DNA of 63,998 nucleotides, counting the filler, from Dugesia japonica (Eukaryota), in the NCBI GenBank assembly GCA_001938525.1. It is 6 parts of 6 records of this genome, joined end to end, with 100 filler letters (N's around TTAATTAATTAA, not from the genome) between each part and the next. Parts side by side here need not be neighbours in the genome. Positions count along the whole stretch, not along the records: positions 11,472 to 22,377 come from MQRL01573122.1; positions 22,478 to 31,833 come from MQRL01576876.1; 4 more parts are not named here. The stretch is one strand, 5' to 3'. Of the stretch, positions 12,441 to 25,069 are shown piece after piece. The translations under genes and the position numbers were made by a program. Below the pieces are notes generated by a model. It did no database searches. It worked only from the letters and a program-made list of their open reading frames with translations, and had not been told where the DNA came from. The first letter of the stretch is position 1, and each line of letters opens with the position of its first letter.

Positions 12441-12794
12441 ATGGAGAAAGAATATAATCATATTTATCTTTATATAAATGATGTTGATGATATTGATAAA
12501 AATTTAAATCAACCATTTAGATCACCATCTTTAGCGGATTATAAGAATAAACTAATAACTTTAAGAAATAAAGATTTTGAAAAAGATTTAACATTCTTAA
12601 CTGATAACATAAATCACTATAATAAATTGTATAGAAGATGGAAAATGTTTGATACAGGCGTGAGATATGTTTATCATTTAATAGGAAATTTATTTGGTGC
12701 AGCAGGTATAATAATAACCGTTTTGGCTAAAAATGGTATAATTATTTTAATTTTACCTATTATTTTAATCGGTATATTTTCTTTAACAAATTAA
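12441..12794 (+). CDS. Conserved Polinton-type coiled-coil plus hydrophobic C-terminus protein (truncated)
   Basis: A basic helix is followed by GNLFGAAGIIITV..IIILILPIILIG. LADYKNKLITLR is similar to ILDLKNKLSLSR in the ORF starting at 32019 (-). Confidence 0.6.
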   Translation: MEKEYNHIYLYINDVDDIDKNLNQPFRSPSLADYKNKLITLRNKDFEKDLTFLTDNINHYNKLYRRWKMFDTGVRYVYHLIGNLFGAAGIIITVLAKNGIIILILPIILIGIFSLTN

Positions 12795-14042
12795 ATTATT
12801 CACGGTGTATTAAACATTGCTTAAGTTATTCCTTTTATTTTTAATGTTTTTTCTGATTTATTATCTTTAAATGAATAACATTTTACTTTTAAGAATATTG
12901 CTTTAGTTATAAAGTTTTTTCCTTCTAATTCATCTTTAAATTTACATAAATCTGTTGGATGAATATATTCATTAAATTTACTAACTTCTTGTTCAATCAT
13001 TGTACCAATTGGTACAAATATCTTTAAAAACATACAATCGGTATCTGTGTAATGTATTTTGCCATCATTTATTCGTAGATTAATACAATCATATTTAATC
13101 ATAAATTCAATCATAAATTTATACATTAATAACTTAGATAACTCTAAAATAGTAAAACCTATGAAATTAAATTTATCATGAACAACTTTATTTCTTAATA
13201 GATGTACAGCAACTACATCTTGACTAAATATCTTCTTTGATTTAAAATTTGGTTTAGCTATGTGTCTTTTGTAAGTTAAATGATCATAAACAATTTCAAT
13301 ATTCTGTCTATTCCCAATATTTCTAATGTCTTTCCATAAAATGCATTATTCATTAACTTATAAAAAGTATACCAAATTTATCTCTGTTTCTTTTAGCTAT
13401 TACTCTTTTCGCGATATTAAAATCAATATAAGACTTTAACTAATTAGATTTTAAATATATTAATTTTCTATGTATTTGAATTATCTTTATTCCATGATCC
13501 ATATACCAATCTAACATTCTTCCTTCAATTACATAACGAAATTTATTATTTTGATTTAATATTAATTTTACATTAGGTTTATATCTATTAGGTTTAAACA
13601 TATTTTGATATTGACTAAATTCTTGTTCTTTTGATGTACATTTCTCAGGAAGAAATGAATAATACTTTGTTGCATCTTTATTACTATTTAGATATTTTAA
13701 ATCTACATTATAAACATATCCATAATTATATTTAATAACATTTTATTTGTATCATATTCATTTAATAATGTTCTTTGATAAATTAAATCATTACTCCATT
13801 ACATTTCACCGGTTGGTAATTCTTGTACCATTGCTGATGGATATAAAGAATTTGCATCATAATATAATAAATAATTCTCTTTTAAATATAATAAATGTAA
13901 TTCAGGTGTTTCATTAATTTTATTATTCATAAATTTAATTGATACATTCGTATTTCTATTATTACATGTTTCTTTTCTATTGCATAATACAGAACTTACA
14001 CCACCTCTAACTCCTTTTTCAAAGAATAGTAGTTTATCATAT

Positions 14043-16606
14043 TGTTGGGGTAAAATACCCGAGCATTGGAAAAATAACTCCAAGGACCCCAAATCATAAA
14101 CCACAGAAAAGAATTAATCACCAAGTATTATTAATAAAGAAGAATAAACAATTAAAAAGAAGATATGGAAAATCAAGAACATGAAGGCCACCATAATAAA
14201 GTCAACAACAACTATAATTAAAAGAATTATAATTTATTATCAAAAAATGAGAAAATTATCGCTAAAATAGAATGGTTAATTAACGAGGAAAATTAATTAA
14301 TTTTAATTCTAAAAAAGAAATTTAATTGAGTGAAAATCTGTTTTATGGAATATCTTTGCACTGGAAGATCTCAGAGAATCCCAACAAGAAAATTTGGAAA
14401 GCTAGAATCACGGGGAAATTAAATTTCGAAACGAAAAAATCCTACCATTCTCAAGAGGGCCAGGAAAAGGTTTTGAAGAACAGGTCAATGGGAGGCCAGA
14501 AAATAAAGGAATAATAAAGCCCTAAAAATCGCAAGGTGTCTTAAAAATAGGCACCAATGAAAAGTCTGAAAAAATAGAAAATTTAGGTCTGGTACCAATC
14601 AGAAGTGGCAAACTAGAGAGTAAAAATAACACCCAATATAAAGAGAGTCGGGGTGCAAAGAAAATCATATAAAAGCCTCCCGAAAACTTATCGAAACTAA
14701 CCTTAAATTTTTACTACTTGTATTACGACAATTTACACAAAAATTTTCGTTTGGAAAGCAAAACAAACTCTTATTTTAAATCGCTAAATTGCGTATACTA
14801 AATTTCATATTTACGTTGAGAAGGATTCAATTTATTGTACCAGAGGATAAATTTTCAAAGGAAGAACCCGTAGAATTTTAAATCAACTGTATTCAAACCC
14901 GTTGCAGAAGTCTCAAAAATATCAAATTTTCAAAAGTAATTTTTGTTGATAATAATGATAATGTATTTAAATGTTCAATAAATTTTTAATAAAAAACAAA
15001 TTTTATATATTATCGTTTTTAACCTGCTTTCTAATAATTTCATAATTTCGAGTGGTAAAACAAATAATTAAGCTGATAGATGTATGATGTTATGCAAATA
15101 AATTCCAATCATTAAAATTCAAATAAGCAGTTGTAGGTTTTCACAAGATTGTCAGTTATAGTACCACAATTTCAGACAGCTATGAGACAAACAGAAATAT
15201 TTCCACCACATAGACCATGTTTAATAGAATAAAATTTCTATTGCCGAATAATTGATCGTGGTAACTTACCGCTAGTGGAGGCAACTGTAGAAAGAATAAG
15301 GGACTTCGGAGAGCATATCCCCCAGCGGATGCTGGTAGCACAGTTCACATGCGGGAATCCCCCGGCCCCTCCTAGAATAAGAGCGGTGATTGACCATTTA
15401 ATTTGGCAGGTTAGAGTAACCGAGGGCTCAAAGAATTCGGAAAATATTGAGTTAGTGTCAAACAGTGAAAATTGATTTAAGTGTGTCTTCGAACAATAAA
15501 CGTTCCTTTTTATGATCTTCTAATGAATTTTACCTTGTTCTATATTTGATTTTGGTTAAATGTCGCATTTCAATAGGAACTGAACCTGTAAATAAAACGC
15601 GCAGTTGTGAGTTCGAGTAAACCCAGAAAAACTAATTTATCAATTATTGAATTTATCATTAGTAAATTTTGTCATTACCTACGGCTTCGTTTGATTACAT
15701 CAATTGCTAATTCAATTATTAATTCATTTAGTACATTCCTCCCTTAACCGGTCGGTGGCTCCAACTAAAAAAGTCCGAAAATTGGAGTCTTTCACCGACA
15801 ACATCCGGTCTATCCATGACCGTGAAAATAAACTGGTAAAGACTTACTCGAAATGCGTTGATGATAGACAAAGCCATCCAAACCCGAAATTGAATGTTAA
15901 ATTGTTTTTCTTTGAATAAATATTGTATCTATTTCGATATCTTGATTATTTCATTTTGTGTTGGCTTATCATTCATTTACTTTTAGTGCCACGAATACGA
16001 CTGCCAACTAGCCTCCGTCGTTGTCATTGACTAATCCAAAAACTTCTATTAGAGCGGCACCTTAAAAACAGAACAAGCATGCCCTATTACAATATCTCAG
16101 TCAATGAAACAGAATAATTAAGAAACTGGACATAATCGTTTAAAAACAAGGTGAACTGGCGGAACGCATGAAGCAGATCCTTACCAATAAAATAGATTTT
16201 TTACAGAAATACATCGATGACTTGTCCACTCGCCTCGAACTCGAGACGTGCGTCCAGTAGAACAGTGGCGACGATGAGGCCGCCTTCGATTTTGAGAATG
16301 GTGAGCCCACCCAGTGGCTTGACCCTGGGGCAGTAGACTATGTGTAATTTAAGACTGTGGTTCTGTAATAAAATTTTCTTTTTATGGTATTACGGATATA
16401 TATTAAATAAGGTATTTTAAAATGGGAATATTGAACCCGAATAAAAATATGTGTAAGTGTGCACTCCGAATAAGCTCTGGGAGTCAACCGCTTTACATCG
16501 ACAACCTAAACAGTGACTTTAGGTATATTCTTGAAAGGGGTCCCCTGAAAACTGTCTTTTCCCCCAGCCGTATTTTACCACACTAAACTCAGATGGAACC
16601 CCAACA
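14043..16606. mobile_element. 2,564-bp solo LTR (Gypsy-type) with ATAT target-site duplication
   Basis: TGTTGGGGT...ACCCCAACA termini. ATAT lies at both 14039-14042 and 16607-16610. No RT or integrase inside. The 3' ~450 bp is homologous to 49340-49791. Confidence 0.88.
16153..16347 (+). pseudogene. LTR-internal small ORF of unknown function (copy 1)
   Basis: KIDFLQKYIDDLSTRLELETCVQ*NSGDDEAAFDFENGEPTQWLDPGAVDYV*. It is 26/52 aa identical, ungapped, to the copy at 49391-49549. Confidence 0.7.
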
Positions 16607-18368
16607 ATATGCATATTCCATATAATGTTTTAATTTTACTTTTGTATACTTTAAACCTGCTTACCATGTTAATCCAGGTGTTGAATAACAATAACAAGAA
16701 TAAATTTTGTATTCATTTAAACATACATTTCTAAAGTTTTCAAATAAATCAGCTAATAGTAAAATATCTATTTTTAAATGCTTCATTGTATAATCATACA
16801 TATTTCTATATTGTAATTCATTCCAACTTTGTTATGCTTTTACATAATCAGATGTATCTATATTTGTTTGTCTTAATCTAGAAAAGAAATTTTCATATGA
16901 AGATAATTGAGTTTCATTCATTATATTTATTACATCATTAAAACTATTATTGCTATTTAGCATAATCATAAGGATAAATTCCTTTCTTATTTTTTAAATT
17001 ATGTTTCCTTAATATTTTCCAACCTGCCTCTCTTAATGTTGAACCCATAGATTCTAAACTATATGCTGTAAATAATCCGAAAGTATCTAGAATTCTAATG
17101 GAATCTATTTATAATGAAATGTATTCTTTATCAGTTTTAGTAAATGGATTAATTTTCTTGTATTTTAAATATTTTGATTTAAATAATTCTTTAAATATTA
17201 AATGGATATCATATTTTGAACCATTCTAAAAATACATAGGAACAAACGTGCATTTCTTAGCATTTAAATTACATTCATTGTGAACTGCACCTCTATATTT
17301 TCCATTTAAATTATCATGATCTCTTTCCTTATGATTTTTATTTGTTTTGTCAGTTTATTCTTATATATAGTAAATTTCTTTGGATTTAATTGAAATTCCT
17401 TTTCACAATAAAAGTAATCTATCGAATTATCATAATTTATTTGATCTTCGGCAGTCATATTAATTTTATAATTATTTCCTAATGCTTTATCAAATATCAA
17501 TTTTAATTCTTCAAAATATTTAACAAATTTAGTTTCTCACTCCAACTACATGTCTTTCTATGAATTTCGTAGGCCTCTATGAAACTCTCTAATTTCTCCG
17601 GGATGCCCGAAAAATGCTCGTCATTAAACTACATTTTCCATTCCTATTCATGTTTACTTTTATTTCCACTCACGTTCATATTGTCGTCGCCTGGTTTTTT
17701 GTTCGGATCGCTTACTATCTAGTTATCTGACATGTTTGAGTCATTACTTGAATCTGAACTGTCACTGTCGTATGTATTTAATTGACTTGGTGATCGATAG
17801 ATTGTATTCACGCTGGTATTTACTAATTTCTCTGATGTCGTAGGGCTTGACCTTCCTGAATTTGATTCGCTCAACGATATTGTACTGTAATTGTATCTGG
17901 AATTATCGCCGAAGTTGATGGAGTTCCTGGTTCTGTTAAGAATGATTGATCGTATGGATACCGGTTTTCTGGGTTGAGCGATACTGATCTCTGTGACTTG
18001 GCGCGATGTGATTTTTTACTCGAATATGATTTCTGGTCCTTTGTCGTATTTTGTATATTGTATTTGTCAGTTGAATTCTCAATGGTGAATATTCTGATTG
18101 AGGTCTCGATCGTTTGATTTATTGAATAACCTGAAAGTAAAATATGATAGTCTCCCGGCTTCTAAACTCCAAATTACATCCCTTCTTTGTGCGTTTATCA
18201 TTAATTTGCGTGAGTTTGTTATCCATACACATAAATACTACTTGTTAATCATTTACATACCTAGTTACTTCACAATACATACTTTATTTACTTTCATTTG
18301 AAATAAAAGCTTCGATCAAAAAAGGTTTTTATTGTTTTTTGAGATTGATTCAATATTTTAACTTTGTC

Positions 18369-18415
18369 TTTGTCAGGAATTGATTTTTTTAAGAAAAAAT
18401 TCAATTCCTGACAAA
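18369..18415. repeat. Near-perfect 47-bp hairpin
   Basis: TTTGTCAGGAATTGA / TCAATTCCTGACAAA form perfect 15-bp arms, extended by T6/A6 after one mismatch, with a 3-nt loop. Confidence 0.85.
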
Positions 18416-21389
18416 TACGTTTTCATTTCTAATTCCATATCGTTTTTTACTTTGAATCTACTGTTTCTCGATACTATTTCCTTGTCATCGATCAGATCTT
18501 TAGCCGTGGTTTCCTTCCGGTGGCCAACCAGCAAGATTCAAAGATTTATTCCTGATCGTTTGCACTGATTGGTAGTCTCGGTGACTCTAACCCTGCGATA
18601 TCTCTATTAATTTCTCTTTAATTAATTTTCTGAACAATTCTCTCTTTAATTACTTTGTCACCGGTAATCTATTTCAATTTAGCTTCAATTATCGCATTTA
18701 ACTTCAAATATCTCTAAGTAACTAATAGGCTATAATTTTAGCTCTGGATATCATTCGCCAATCTATATTCTCATCGAGTAGCTGGTAGCCTATTTTGATT
18801 CAGTTCCAGGCTATCCAACTAATGTGTCACTCTCTCAACCATATTTTCCAAAGTAGCCGTGAGTCTATTTCTTCTTTTTTCAGCTCCGGTTTACTTGCTA
18901 AAGTGAATGATCTCAGTCGAAATTAAAATTTCGCTGATATGTAACTTACGTGCTGCTTGGACGTGAAATTACCGTTGAAACTCTTCCCGGGTTACTAACT
19001 CTCGCTAAACGGATTACATATTTGGCAACTGATGTACCCTCTAGTTAACCCTGAAATACAATAATTACAAGTTTCTCTGAATCAATTTCGGCTGATTCTA
19101 CCAGGACCTTTTTTACCTTTTCACTAAGATTCTGTAGAGCTATAAGCAGATAGCTGTATGGAATGGATTTCATGGAGAATCCACGCCAATCAAACTGCCG
19201 TAGGTGGTCAATCTATCATTTTTGGCCTAACCACGTTGTAGGTTACTTCCTTTACTCCAATTATTGTCTGTTTAACCCTGTGTCAGACTACTACTTTCTC
19301 CACATTAATTTGTTTGTTTAATCATGTTTCAGATTACTCTTTTGCACTACTATTTCGTTTATTTAACCATGTTTTTAGTTACTCTTCTTGGTTTCTCGTC
19401 AAATTCATCTTCTCTCGTTTATTTATTGATTGTTATCTCTGTTTAATTAATCGTTTATCCTCAAACATAATTATACTCTTGATACTTTTCTGATTAAAAC
19501 TCACATCCATTCTTTGTCATATCCATATCATTTACCATTTCTTAAATTTTTTACCACATGATTTATTTTGTCATCACAATTATCATTCATTAATCTCATC
19601 ATAATATCTCTTTTATCATCATTAATTCTCGTTGTCATAATTTATATTTCATCAGTTATTAATTTACATTCAATATCCTTAATTCTTTTCCTCATAATTT
19701 TTAATCTGTTACTTCATTTTTTTAATAATCCAATCAATTACCTTTTAATTGTATTTATAAATTCTTCTAATTCATTGTCAATTATCATTATTGTCTGCTA
19801 AATTTGTCGTCATATTTCTCTTTTACTCATCATTCATTTAAATCTTCTATATTGTTTCTCCATTTAACCATATTCATTTCCATTATGTGTGCGTTTAATC
19901 TCCATTACTATCACGTGTGCATCTACTAATTATCTCCCTGTTTCTCTTGGATCTGTTTTGATTTAATTTGATTTTTCTTCTGATATCCTTTGCTGAGTAT
20001 TTTATCTGAATTTTTGCAATCATTATCTCTTTGTTATATCTGACTTTTATTTTGATTCATCGTAGAATAGATGATTTTCTCTTAGTTTCTCGTGGTTCTG
20101 AGTTTGTCGCATTTATTTCTTTTGTTAATTCTTATCTCTGTTCTTGGTTCGTCCATAATGAATTACATGTTACTGATTTTATCTCAATTATCTTCTTGAT
20201 GATTACTCGCTATTCTGCAAGAGCAGGGGTTCATGAATCAGTTAGTTATTTCCATGAGTTCACGGACCTCTGCCCCCGTTTGATTTGAATTTATTTCATT
20301 TATTTGACGTCCATCAATGTTTTAGATGGAAAGAAAACAAAGATCAGTTTAACATTACACTTACTTTCTAGATCGCTACTCCACGTTTCACTAGACTCAT
20401 TTTTTTGACGATTAACCGATGTTTTACTCAACCAAGGTTAAGTACAATTTGGTCGATTTTAATCCGAACTTGTACCTTCCTGGTTGAGACTTAGTGGATT
20501 TCTCTTAAGTTAATCATGTTCATTGTCGTTTCATCTCAGTAGACAATCCGAATTAGCCGGTGCCAACTCCTTCGACTCGACCACTTTGATCTACTCCGAC
20601 TTTCGTTTAACAATTTATTCAATTCGCTGATTGCATGACAATTGATTCTAAAGTTCACGAATACCTACTTCTCTAATTGTTCATAGTATGTGCTCGTAGA
20701 CTCTGGTTCATTTCTCGTTTAATTTATTAATCTTTATTATTATTAATTTAATACTGTTGTTTATGGTGCCTCAATCCCGTTACCAATCGTGCCTTATCTT
20801 TGCATTTCGAACTCTGGCCGGATTGATAAATCGATCTTACACTTAATGATCTAGATATTCCCTGGGATTTTATCTTGTTACCCGATCCAGAACCGTTTTA
20901 TCACTAACTTTTTCGGACCTACCAACAAAATGTTGCACTTTTTTTGATTTGTTGATGTTTAGATTTTACAACTTCTTGCTCACTTCATTCCCGAACATTG
21001 TCTTGTCCTTAATCGTGAATGAGATGTAACGAAACTTTGAAAACTTTCCTTTAATTTTGTACGATGTTTACGGCAACTCTTATTTATCATAACTTTGCAC
21101 GATAGTGTTTTGATCTTACTTCCCATAGAAGTGTGATAACTTTGAATCTGTCTACTGACTTGTTGATTCATTATCTTGCAATCATTTATCATTGTTATGT
21201 CATATATATTCGATCTTTGCATGTTTTTTAATAACGTTATGCTCATTTTAAGTCAAGAAATTAAGATAGTGTGCAATCAATCTCTTCGTTAGTTCCAATG
21301 TTAGCTCAACAATCACTTTAATCTCTTTTATTAATGTTAGCTCAGCTCAATAATTATCAAATAAAATAATTTGCAATTATTCGTTGAAT

Positions 21390-21570
21390 TCTTTACTGAA
21401 ATCTTTTACTCCAAAATGATTACGAAAATTCATTACTTCAATATTTACAGAAACTCTTTTACAAAACGTTAATCAAATCTTTACTTAAATAGTTACTCCA
21501 AATTGTTTACAAAATCTTTTACTTAATTCTTTATCGAAATTATTTACCAAAATTGTTTACACGGAATATT
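21390..21570. repeat. Degenerate TTAC-NN-AA tandem array
   Basis: ttactgaa, ttactcca, ttacgaaa, ttacagaa, ttacaaaa, ttacttaa and ttaccaaa units at ~13-bp spacing. Confidence 0.6.
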
Positions 21571-22275
21571 CGAACATGGTTTAAATATTATTTATCAAAT
21601 ATCATTAGAATATTAAAATCATTTAAAATATTAAAATAATTATTATTCGCAATCGTTCTGACATCTTTGAGTACTCTTCAGCCTCGATTTGGGTGGAGCG
21701 TAATGTCTGTATTAATTTCTGTTGTTGCTGGGTCATTTCTGTGGAGCAAACGAGCAACGTTACCAGTTCCTTTTCTCGCTCCTCCTGTTTTGTAGTCACT
21801 TCAGCGAATCGTCTCTGATAGGCTCGTTTCTGTTTGTCTGCTCTTTCCTGTAGATTTTAGAGCATGGTTAACTTTTGTCGAAGTGTTTCTTCTTGACGAG
21901 TTACTTACACTTTCAGCTCGAATATTTGTATATCATTTTGGCGGGTACGATCCTGAATGATCCGCTATGGATCTACATCTGTTCCAAATTCTCCAAGGGA
22001 GTCCCACTGGTTTGGCATTTTATTGGTAGCATTCGTGGAGAAGGACCATCCCACTGTCAAACATTTCTCGAAATCTGTCTTCTTAATTCGTCGCATCTTT
22101 CTATGAAATAGTATTATTGTGACATGGTTACATTTTCATCAACTTTTTAATTAAACCATTATTATAGCTTAAATAAAATGATACCCGAATCTTTGAATAA
22201 CAAACCATCAATCGCTTATCATACTGAACTTAGATGGCGCTTCACTAATTAGTTTCCTAAACGCTGTGTAACATT

Positions 22276-22377
22276 AGTAGGTAGATCCTAGCGCACTGTA
22301 TCACCCCCCTCAAAGTCAAATTTTTTCAAGGTCACTGATACAGTATACTTGTATCTGATTGGTCCGTGATTTAGTAT
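22276..22377 (+). mobile_element. Putative Polinton left terminus running into the contig end
   Basis: AGTAGGTAGATCCTAGCGCACTGTATCACCCCCC; shares its motif with 8580 and 11616. Confidence 0.5.
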
Positions 22378-22963
22378 NNNNNNNNNNNNNNNNNNNNNNN
22401 NNNNNNNNNNNNNNNNNNNNNTTAATTAATTAANNNNNNNNNNNNNNNNNNNNNNNNNNNNNNNNNNNNNNNNNNNNAAAAAAACAAATTTTTATCGAAA
22501 CTTTTATTTTAAATGAATTTTTCGATTTTTATTTAAAAAAAATAATGATTTAAAAATAATTTATAATGAAAATCAATGATCATTTTTAAATACTATTTCT
22601 TACATTTTTCAGCAGGAAAAATTTGTAACGATTATTCAATTCACCTGGGTCTCTACGGCTAAAAAAAAAGAAAAGGAACAAGAGGGTTTTGTTGAAAAAG
22701 AAAATTATAAAAATAGATTATTTAAAAATATATTTTTTGTTCATTGACAAAAATGTCAATCAATCAATGATGAATTGATATTGTTACATCACTCTAATCT
22801 AATTGAACAAAACTTAATTTTTCTAAGTTGCAGTAATTATTAAGTCAATGATACAGTGATTTACTTTCCTTTAAATTTTATAGATCGCATTATATTACCA
22901 TAAAATTGAATATAAAGAAATAAGAAATAAAATAGTAATATAAGAATTTAAATATAATACTTT

Positions 22964-22970
22964 TAATAAT

Positions 22971-23013
<43 letters not shown>

Positions 23014-23086
23014 TTAATAATAATAATAATAATAANNNNNNNNNNNNNNNNNNNNNNNNNNNNNNNNNNNNNNNNNNNNNNNNNNN

Positions 23087-23126
<40 letters not shown>

Positions 23127-23138
23127 TAATAATAATAA
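22964..23138. repeat. (AAT)n microsatellite (others at ~28988-29212, 30949-31007, 31755-31833, 55596-55658, 63935-63998)
   Basis: Directly visible, often gap-associated. It explains the poly-N/I/Y/L ORFs in the track. Confidence 0.97.
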
Positions 23139-24444
23139 TCTATTGTATTAAACAAAAAGAATATTTGAAATCAATAAAAAAATTAGATAATCAGATTAAA
23201 GATTGATACCGCCGCAATCACAGCAATTTTCAAAAGCGGTATTAATTAATTTCTACTTACAATAGAAATAATAAAAAACACCTAAGCACTCAAAAAGCAA
23301 CAAAGTAATTAAAATATCTTTACAATAAAAAAAAATTATTACATTTTACGGATAATTAATTTCATGAGTTTACCGGAATTTGAATGAAACTTTAGTAATA
23401 AATACATAAATATCAAAAAACATATAAATAAATAAAATTATTTATTATATTATTTATTTATTATCAATTATTTATTATATTATTATTTATATAAATAAAA
23501 TAATAAATATATACACATAAATAAAAAAAATAAATGAAAAATAACAGATACTTATCATAATTAAANNNNNNNNNNNNNNNNNNNNNNNNNNNNNNNNNNN
23601 NNNNNNNNNNNNNNNNNNNNNNNNNNNNNNNNNNNNNNNNNNNNNNNNNNNNNNNNNNNNNNNNNNNNNNNNATCAGATATTGATTGTTTTATGATAAAA
23701 ATTATGACACTTAAAAAGAAATTAAAAATAAAATATCATACTATATAAACTACATTCTTTTCCTACTCTAGACTTAGAAATATTTAATCTAGTTGAAAAA
23801 TCTATGATCTTCGTATCATAAATCTAAACTTCAATAATTTAAAAAATTACCTTTAATTAATATCTAAAAAAGAAATTTCTTTCCTCAGTGAAATCTTGCA
23901 TTAANNNNNNNNNNNNNNNNNNNNNNNNNNNNNNNNNNNNNNNNNNNNNNNNNNAAAAATTTCTATCAAGACAAATTTTCGATTTAATTCTGCACATAGA
24001 AATTCCTTGACAATGATGTAATCTTGTATAATATTTTAATACACACAATACACACACACAAAATTCTTAATGTAAATTTCCTAATTTTTTGTTTCATATT
24101 TATTTGAATTAAAATTTATTTAAGCATTTACATATTGATTTATTATAAATTATTGCAATTCTTATCGACCTCCAAATTAGTGTGTTTAGAAATTTAGAAA
24201 TTTAGAAACATAGAAATTTAATTTATAATTTCCGAAATTTTATCCTTATAAATTACTATTAGCAAGAGAATTTTTAGGATTGAAAAATTAGCCTGTTTCT
24301 AACAATGTGCAGCATATTGATTGATATTCCAGGAGAGTTTGATTTATTGAACTTGGCAGATGAAGAATAAATTGGTTTTTAAATTGTGTTGTTGAAATAT
24401 TTATTTATTTACTTTATTACTAGATTTGAATTTTATCTCTTGCA

Positions 24445-25069
24445 CAGGACCGGCCTAACCACATGGAAAAATGGGCTATAGCCTCCAGGGCGCAAGCCTT
24501 TTGGGCCGGCAATTTTTATTTGCGAAAAACATATTTTTTTGTTATTATTAGTTATTTATTTTGAAAATTGAATCTACATTTCCTAACGTGGCCACAGCAC
24601 TGCGCATCTTTTTAAGTATTGTCACTACAAACTGCAGCGACGAAAGATCATTTGCAGCAATATAAAGAATAAAAAAATATTTACGATCTTCTTTGGGACA
24701 GAGCCAAATTCAANGATTTAAGTATTTTATCAATTGAGAGCGAGATTTATTTGATAACTTAAATACGAGTGATATTATTGATCAGTTTGCCAATGAAAAG
24801 CTAGGAAAATAAATATCTAAGTTACTTTTGTTTCTTGTTTGCATAAAAAGTTTGTTTTTGTTCTTAAAGGTTTTTTAATTTTATTTAATTCAAATTTGTG
24901 TTTTGGTTTAGTATATTGGTAATAAATTGATTTTTTCTAGTTCTCCCATAACTTTTGTATACTTTTGCCGGACACCCCGCTTCAGTTTGCTATTCTGTCA
25001 ATTGTCTTACGAAGACGGGCGCATTTTTTTTAGTAGCCCACGGGCGCCGAATTTCTTCAGACGGCCTTG
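24445..25069 (+). mobile_element. Internally deleted hAT element (CAGGGCCG-type TIR)
   Basis: Ends are CAGGACCGGCCT / AGACGGCCTTG. Internal hATC dimerisation remnant: FPNVATALRIFLSIVTTNCSDERSF..RIKKYLRS..LSILSIES. Confidence 0.8.

Larger units (their letters stand above)
12821..17532 (-). pseudogene. Polinton pPolB split by a solo LTR
   Basis: Exonuclease region (HDNLNGKYRGAVHNECN, NGSKYDIH, ILDTF), EKGVRGG, YYDANSLYPSAM, YKLMNNAF, YTDTDC. Removing 14043-16606 plus one ATAT restores the frame ...MEYAYDKLLFFEKG. Confidence 0.92.
17533..22250 (-). mobile_element. Highly decayed large retroelement segment ending in a gag capsid N-terminus
   Basis: FSGIPEKLESFIEAYEIHRKTCSWSEK at ~17540-17615 fits the Gypsy gag F-G----L--F---YE-----W motif. 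Upstream are purine-skewed broken ORFs and a coiled-coil remnant at 21650-22120. Confidence 0.45.

Noticed and set aside
23851-23863. 13-nt AG/GT-bounded micro-exon encoding ILIK, as in MOK PENILIK (another 14-nt candidate near 22645)
   Set aside because: Too short and AT-rich to distinguish from chance without transcripts.
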